Part shown: one piece after another, positions 60,625 to 64,000 of the stretch
Layout: every line of letters starts with the position of its first letter
Position numbering within the stretch: the stretch's first letter is position 1
Notes under the pieces: model-generated
Told to the model about the DNA's origin: nothing
The model's database searches: none
What the model saw: only the letters and a program-made list of their open reading frames with translations
Program-made: the position numbers and the translations under genes
DNA from: an uncultured Kofleriaceae bacterium
GTDB lineage: Bacteria > Myxococcota_A > Polyangia > GCA-2747355 > CAZCFB01
Reading direction: 5' to 3'
Length of the DNA stretch: 64,000 bases
Assembly: GCA_964497805.1 (NCBI GenBank)
Contig: CAZCFB010000007.1
Span: 11,849 to 75,848 of the forward strand

Positions 60625-60662
60625 CGGCCCGGCCAAGGGCAAGGGCTTCATTCACCCGGGGA

Positions 60663-62888
60663 TTACTTCTCCGGCGGCAGGTGGAGGCCCAGCTGGTGGG
60701 GGGCCAGGCGGAGCACCACCTTCTTGAGCCGGTCCCGTTTCTCCTCGCGCCATGTCTCAAGCAGGGTCTCGATGCGGTCCTGGCACACCTCTGTGGGCAT
60801 GGCCACGAAGTCGCGCAGGAAGATGACCTGCTCCTCCTTGGCCTCGGCGTACTCCTCGTCGGTGATGTGCCCCTTCTTGTGCATTCGCCGCAGTATCCTG
60901 CGCGTGTACTTGTCCCACTTGGGGCTGAGCTGGCCCTTGCAGTAGTGGATGTAGCGGCCCTTGGGCGAGGGGAGCAGGGTGGCGAAGTAGGCGGCTTCCA
61001 GCGGCGAGATGGCCACGGCCGGCTTGCCGAAGTAGTGCCTGGCCGCGGCGCCGATGCCGTAGATGCCCGGGCCGAACTCGATGACGTTGAGGTAGATCTC
61101 GAGGATCCGCTCCTTGGTCAGGTTCTGCTCCAGGTACCAGACGATGAACAGCTCCTGCAGCTTGCGGGAGAGGGTTTTCTGGTGGCCGAGCAGCACGTTC
61201 TTGACCATCTGCATGGAGATAGTGGAGGCGCCCAGGCGGAACCCGCCGCGCTCCAGGTTGCGCGCCAGGGCCACCCGGAACTGGCTGGTGATGAAGCCGC
61301 GGTGGCGGAAGAAGGCGCCGTCCTCGGTGGTGAGCAGGGCCTTCCACACCATGGGCGAGATCTCGTCGTACGGCACGTAGTCATCGCTCTCGGGGGAGAT
61401 TGTCAGGTTCACGAACTGGCCGGGCTCAACCTCCACCTCGTGGATGAAGGGCAGCTGCAGGCGCTCGGCGCTGACCCACTCGGGCGCCTTCTTCACCTTG
61501 CAGCGGTAGATGCTCATCTTGCCGCCCAGGGAGAGCGCCTTGAGGTTGCTGAAGTCGATCCTCGCCTTCAGGTCCGCGGAGAACTTGCCCCGCATTGAGA
61601 AGCTCCTGATCTCGGGCACCAGCGTCGGGGGGAAGCTGGCCAGGACCTTCTGGCATGGCACCGGCGGCACCACCAGCCGCAGGTCGAGCACCGGCTTGCC
61701 CAGGCGGCGCTCCAGGGAGCCGGAGAGGGTGGCCTCCACGCCGCGGGTCTTGACGGTGATCGCCTCCAGGGTGAGGCGGGCCTCCTTGAGGTGGGCCTGT
61801 CCGCGCACGGTGAGCTGGCCCTCCAGGTCCGGCACCACCGCGCGGGCCAGGGCAGGGTGGAACAGGTCGAGGCCCTTGAGCTGGAAGCCGCCGTCCAGGT
61901 CCAACACCCCCGCCTTTAGGGTCATGGTGAGCTTGCCGTCCACCTCGGCCTTCTTGGGGTGGATCACCGGGGAGCGGCGCAGCAGGCTGCCGACCCGCTC
62001 CAGGTTGAACTTCTTGGCCGTCAGGTCCAGCTTGCCGTCCAGGCGCGCGGGGTCCAGCCAGCCGGTGGCCTTCCAGAGCTCGGCCTCGGCCCCGCCGTAG
62101 CTGCCCGACAGATCCAGGCTCAGGCTGGGAGCTGCGCCCTCCTTCTTGGCGGCCCGGGGGACGATGGTGCCCTTGACGCCGGACAGCTGCAGGCGCGGGA
62201 GCAGGCGCAGCTTGCCGCCCTCCAGGTGGAGGGTGGGCCAGCCGGAGGGCGAGCCCGGGGTGTGCTCCACGCGGGCCGTCTTGAAGGTGACGTCGTGGGG
62301 CAGACGGGCCGCGCTGAGCAGCACCTTCTGCAGGGACAACCTGGAGGCGCCGCCCCGCCTCACCTTGCCGGAGAGGCTGGCCGCGGTGAGCCGGAACCGC
62401 TCCTTCTCGTCGTTGACGGTGAGCTCGCCCGAGGTGACCTTCACCGGGCCCAGGCTCAACCGGCCGCCGCCCGCCGCGCCGCCGCTGCCCTTGCCGCCGC
62501 CGCGCACCCGGTCCATGAGCTGCTGCAGGTTGGCCCGCTGGCCCTTGCCCCGGTGCACATGAAGCTTGAAACCCTGGACCAGGCCGCGCTCCACCTCCAG
62601 CTTACCCTTGAGCAGGGCCGCCGGGACGTAGTTGGCGCCCACGCTTGCCGCGCGGAACAGCGGCGCCACGGCCGCGTCCCCGGGACAGCTCAGGCTGACC
62701 TCCCGCACCTCCACTTTTTGCCACCCCAGGTAGAGGCTGCCCATGGCCACCTTGCAGCCGGTGCGGGCCTCAACCTTTGGCAGCAGCTCGTTGTGCACGT
62801 ACCACTTGCTCGCGCGGGGGGCGCTGAACACGGCGGCGCCGGCGATGACGCCGAGGAGGACGAGCAGGATGATGAGACGTTTGAGCAC
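60663..62888 (-). CDS. Membrane-anchored protein with an AsmA-like N-terminal region and a C-terminal GT51 peptidoglycan glycosyltransferase domain (no transpeptidase domain)
   Basis: GT51 motifs 'ALLTTEDGAFFRHRGF', 'GASTISMQMVKNVLL', 'RKLQELFIVWYLEQNLTKERILEIYLNVIEFG' and 'GIGAAARHYFGK'. The N-terminus 'LKRLIILLVLLGVIAGAAVF' is a TM helix, followed by ~480 aa of repetitive beta-rich sequence. The start is GTG at 62888 or TTG at 62924. The rest of the 1092-aa track ORF is antisense to the GMC gene. Confidence 0.8.
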   Translation of the reverse strand: MLKRLIILLVLLGVIAGAAVFSAPRASKWYVHNELLPKVEARTGCKVAMGSLYLGWQKVEVREVSLSCPGDAAVAPLFRAASVGANYVPAALLKGKLEVERGLVQGFKLHVHRGKGQRANLQQLMDRVRGGGKGSGGAAGGGRLSLGPVKVTSGELTVNDEKERFRLTAASLSGKVRRGGASRLSLQKVLLSAARLPHDVTFKTARVEHTPGSPSGWPTLHLEGGKLRLLPRLQLSGVKGTIVPRAAKKEGAAPSLSLDLSGSYGGAEAELWKATGWLDPARLDGKLDLTAKKFNLERVGSLLRRSPVIHPKKAEVDGKLTMTLKAGVLDLDGGFQLKGLDLFHPALARAVVPDLEGQLTVRGQAHLKEARLTLEAITVKTRGVEATLSGSLERRLGKPVLDLRLVVPPVPCQKVLASFPPTLVPEIRSFSMRGKFSADLKARIDFSNLKALSLGGKMSIYRCKVKKAPEWVSAERLQLPFIHEVEVEPGQFVNLTISPESDDYVPYDEISPMVWKALLTTEDGAFFRHRGFITSQFRVALARNLERGGFRLGASTISMQMVKNVLLGHQKTLSRKLQELFIVWYLEQNLTKERILEIYLNVIEFGPGIYGIGAAARHYFGKPAVAISPLEAAYFATLLPSPKGRYIHYCKGQLSPKWDKYTRRILRRMHKKGHITDEEYAEAKEEQVIFLRDFVAMPTEVCQDRIETLLETWREEKRDRLKKVVLRLAPHQLGLHLPPEK

Positions 62889-62945
62889 TGACGGGATTCT
62901 TCGGGGAGGGGAGGGGAATGTCAATGAAGTGATATCCTCACCTCC

Positions 62946-64000
62946 ATGGCCACCACATATGATGCTGTGATCATCGGTAGCGGCTTTGGCGGCTCCATCC
63001 CGGCGCTGCGCCTGGCCGAGGACGGGCGCAAGGTGCTGGTGCTGGAGTGGGGCAAGAAGTACACATCCAAGGACTTCAAGCACTCCTTCGACCTGCGCTA
63101 CCTGCTCGACTTCTACGTCACCCGCAACAACGCCGACTTCTCCTTCTTCGTGCGTTACGGGAGGCTCCTCGGGGGAGGCTCCATGGTCTTCTCCGGCGCC
63201 ATGTACCGGGCCCCCACCGAGGCGTTCTCCTACCGGGACCGCACCGGCTACAAGGTCTGGCCTGACGGCATCGATCGCAAGACCCTGGATCCGTACTACG
63301 ACCTGGTTGAGAAGGAGATGCAGGTCAACCAGGTGAGCTGGAAGGACGTACCCCGCTCGGGCGGCACCTTCGGCAAGATGGTGGACAAGCTGGGCCTCAC
63401 CTGCGACCGCGGCCGCTACAACTACGTGGACTGCAAGGGGTGCGGCTTCTGCGAGGCGGGCTGCATCTACGACAAGAAGATCACCCTGCTGCACAGCTAC
63501 ATCCCCAAGGCCATGGCCAAGGGCGCCGAGTTCCGCACCGGCTGCTACGCGCAGAAGATCAAGCCCAAGGGCACCGGCTATGAGGTGACCTACCGCGAGG
63601 CCGGGGGCAGGGTGGTCACCGTCGAGGGAAAGACCCTGCTCCTGGCGGGTAACGGCGTGGAGACCCCGGCCCTGCTCATGCGCTCCAAGGCGGACCTGCC
63701 CAACCTGAGCAGCCAGGTGGGGAAGAACTACAACAACAATGGAGACATCGCCTTTGTCTGGCTGCTGCCCGACACCTTCCCCGAGTTTCACCTCTACATG
63801 GGGCGCGATAACTCCGGGCTCATGTGCTACGCGTTCTGGAAGGACCACAAGATCACCTTCCACCCCGGCGGCCCGCCCCCGGCCTTCATCGCCGGCCTGG
63901 ATCTGCACCGCAAGGACAAGCTGGCCTGGGGGTTGGAGCACAAGCGCATGATGCGCACCTACTACGACGGGCGCATGGTGGTGGCCCTGGCCATCGGGCT
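62946..64000 (+). CDS. GMC-family FAD-dependent oxidoreductase (cholesterol-oxidase-like), 3'-truncated by the window edge
   Basis: Absent from the ORF track because no stop falls in the window. My translation from the ATG at 62946 is 'MATTYDAVIIGSGFGGSIPALRLAEDGRKVLVLEWGKKY...'. This has the Rossmann GxGxxG FAD motif and 'LLGGGSMVFSGAMYRAP', and stays open to base 64000 with a strong GC3 bias. Confidence 0.8.
   Translation, partial: MATTYDAVIIGSGFGGSIPALRLAEDGRKVLVLEWGKKYTSKDFKHSFDLRYLLDFYVTRNNADFSFFVRYGRLLGGGSMVFSGAMYRAPTEAFSYRDRTGYKVWPDGIDRKTLDPYYDLVEKEMQVNQVSWKDVPRSGGTFGKMVDKLGLTCDRGRYNYVDCKGCGFCEAGCIYDKKITLLHSYIPKAMAKGAEFRTGCYAQKIKPKGTGYEVTYREAGGRVVTVEGKTLLLAGNGVETPALLMRSKADLPNLSSQVGKNYNNNGDIAFVWLLPDTFPEFHLYMGRDNSGLMCYAFWKDHKITFHPGGPPPAFIAGLDLHRKDKLAWGLEHKRMMRTYYDGRMVVALAIG

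Overview
By eye this window is about two-thirds G+C and densely coding. Its gene content is typical of Myxococcota: many lipoproteins, TPR proteins, a Ser/Thr kinase, FHA and PP2C signalling genes, and MopE-type Cys/Asp motifs. I call about 52 protein genes and one tRNA-Leu(GAG) that has its own promoter and terminator. I see no rRNA, CRISPR array, transposase, integrase or prophage genes.

Recognisable housekeeping genes are clpX, a DksA/TraR zinc-finger gene, pdxA, rluD-pgeF, galE, mutY, pyk, a uvrD/pcrA-type helicase, glnD, a GH57 glycosidase, a ROK kinase, SpoIID, a GT51 transglycosylase and a large 5'-nucleotidase. Many neighbouring genes overlap by ATGA, GTGA or TGATG, which suggests translational coupling.

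The most interesting region is 37202-38498. It holds two coupled EutN/CcmL (BMC-P) microcompartment vertex genes followed by a class II aldolase. The aldolase ends in a flexible linker and an amphipathic helix that looks like an encapsulation peptide. No hexamer shell gene lies anywhere in the 64 kb, so this looks like a satellite locus of a myxobacterial microcompartment of unknown function. It sits at the end of a long co-directional run: nucleotidase, lipoprotein, outer-membrane barrel, ROK kinase.

Other observations worth a second look:
- a tandemly duplicated two-gene cassette (secreted Lys/Ala-repeat protein plus acidic lipoprotein)
- a fusion of a ParA/MinD ATPase, a degenerate J domain and a RodZ-type HTH
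- a GT51 transglycosylase with a long AsmA-like N-terminal domain
- a Cys-rich lipoprotein gene broken at a G9/C9 homopolymer
- several in-frame coding tandem repeats
- a GMC oxidoreductase at the 3' edge that the ORF track missed

All calls rest on motif recognition by eye. No database search was run, and start codons are best estimates.
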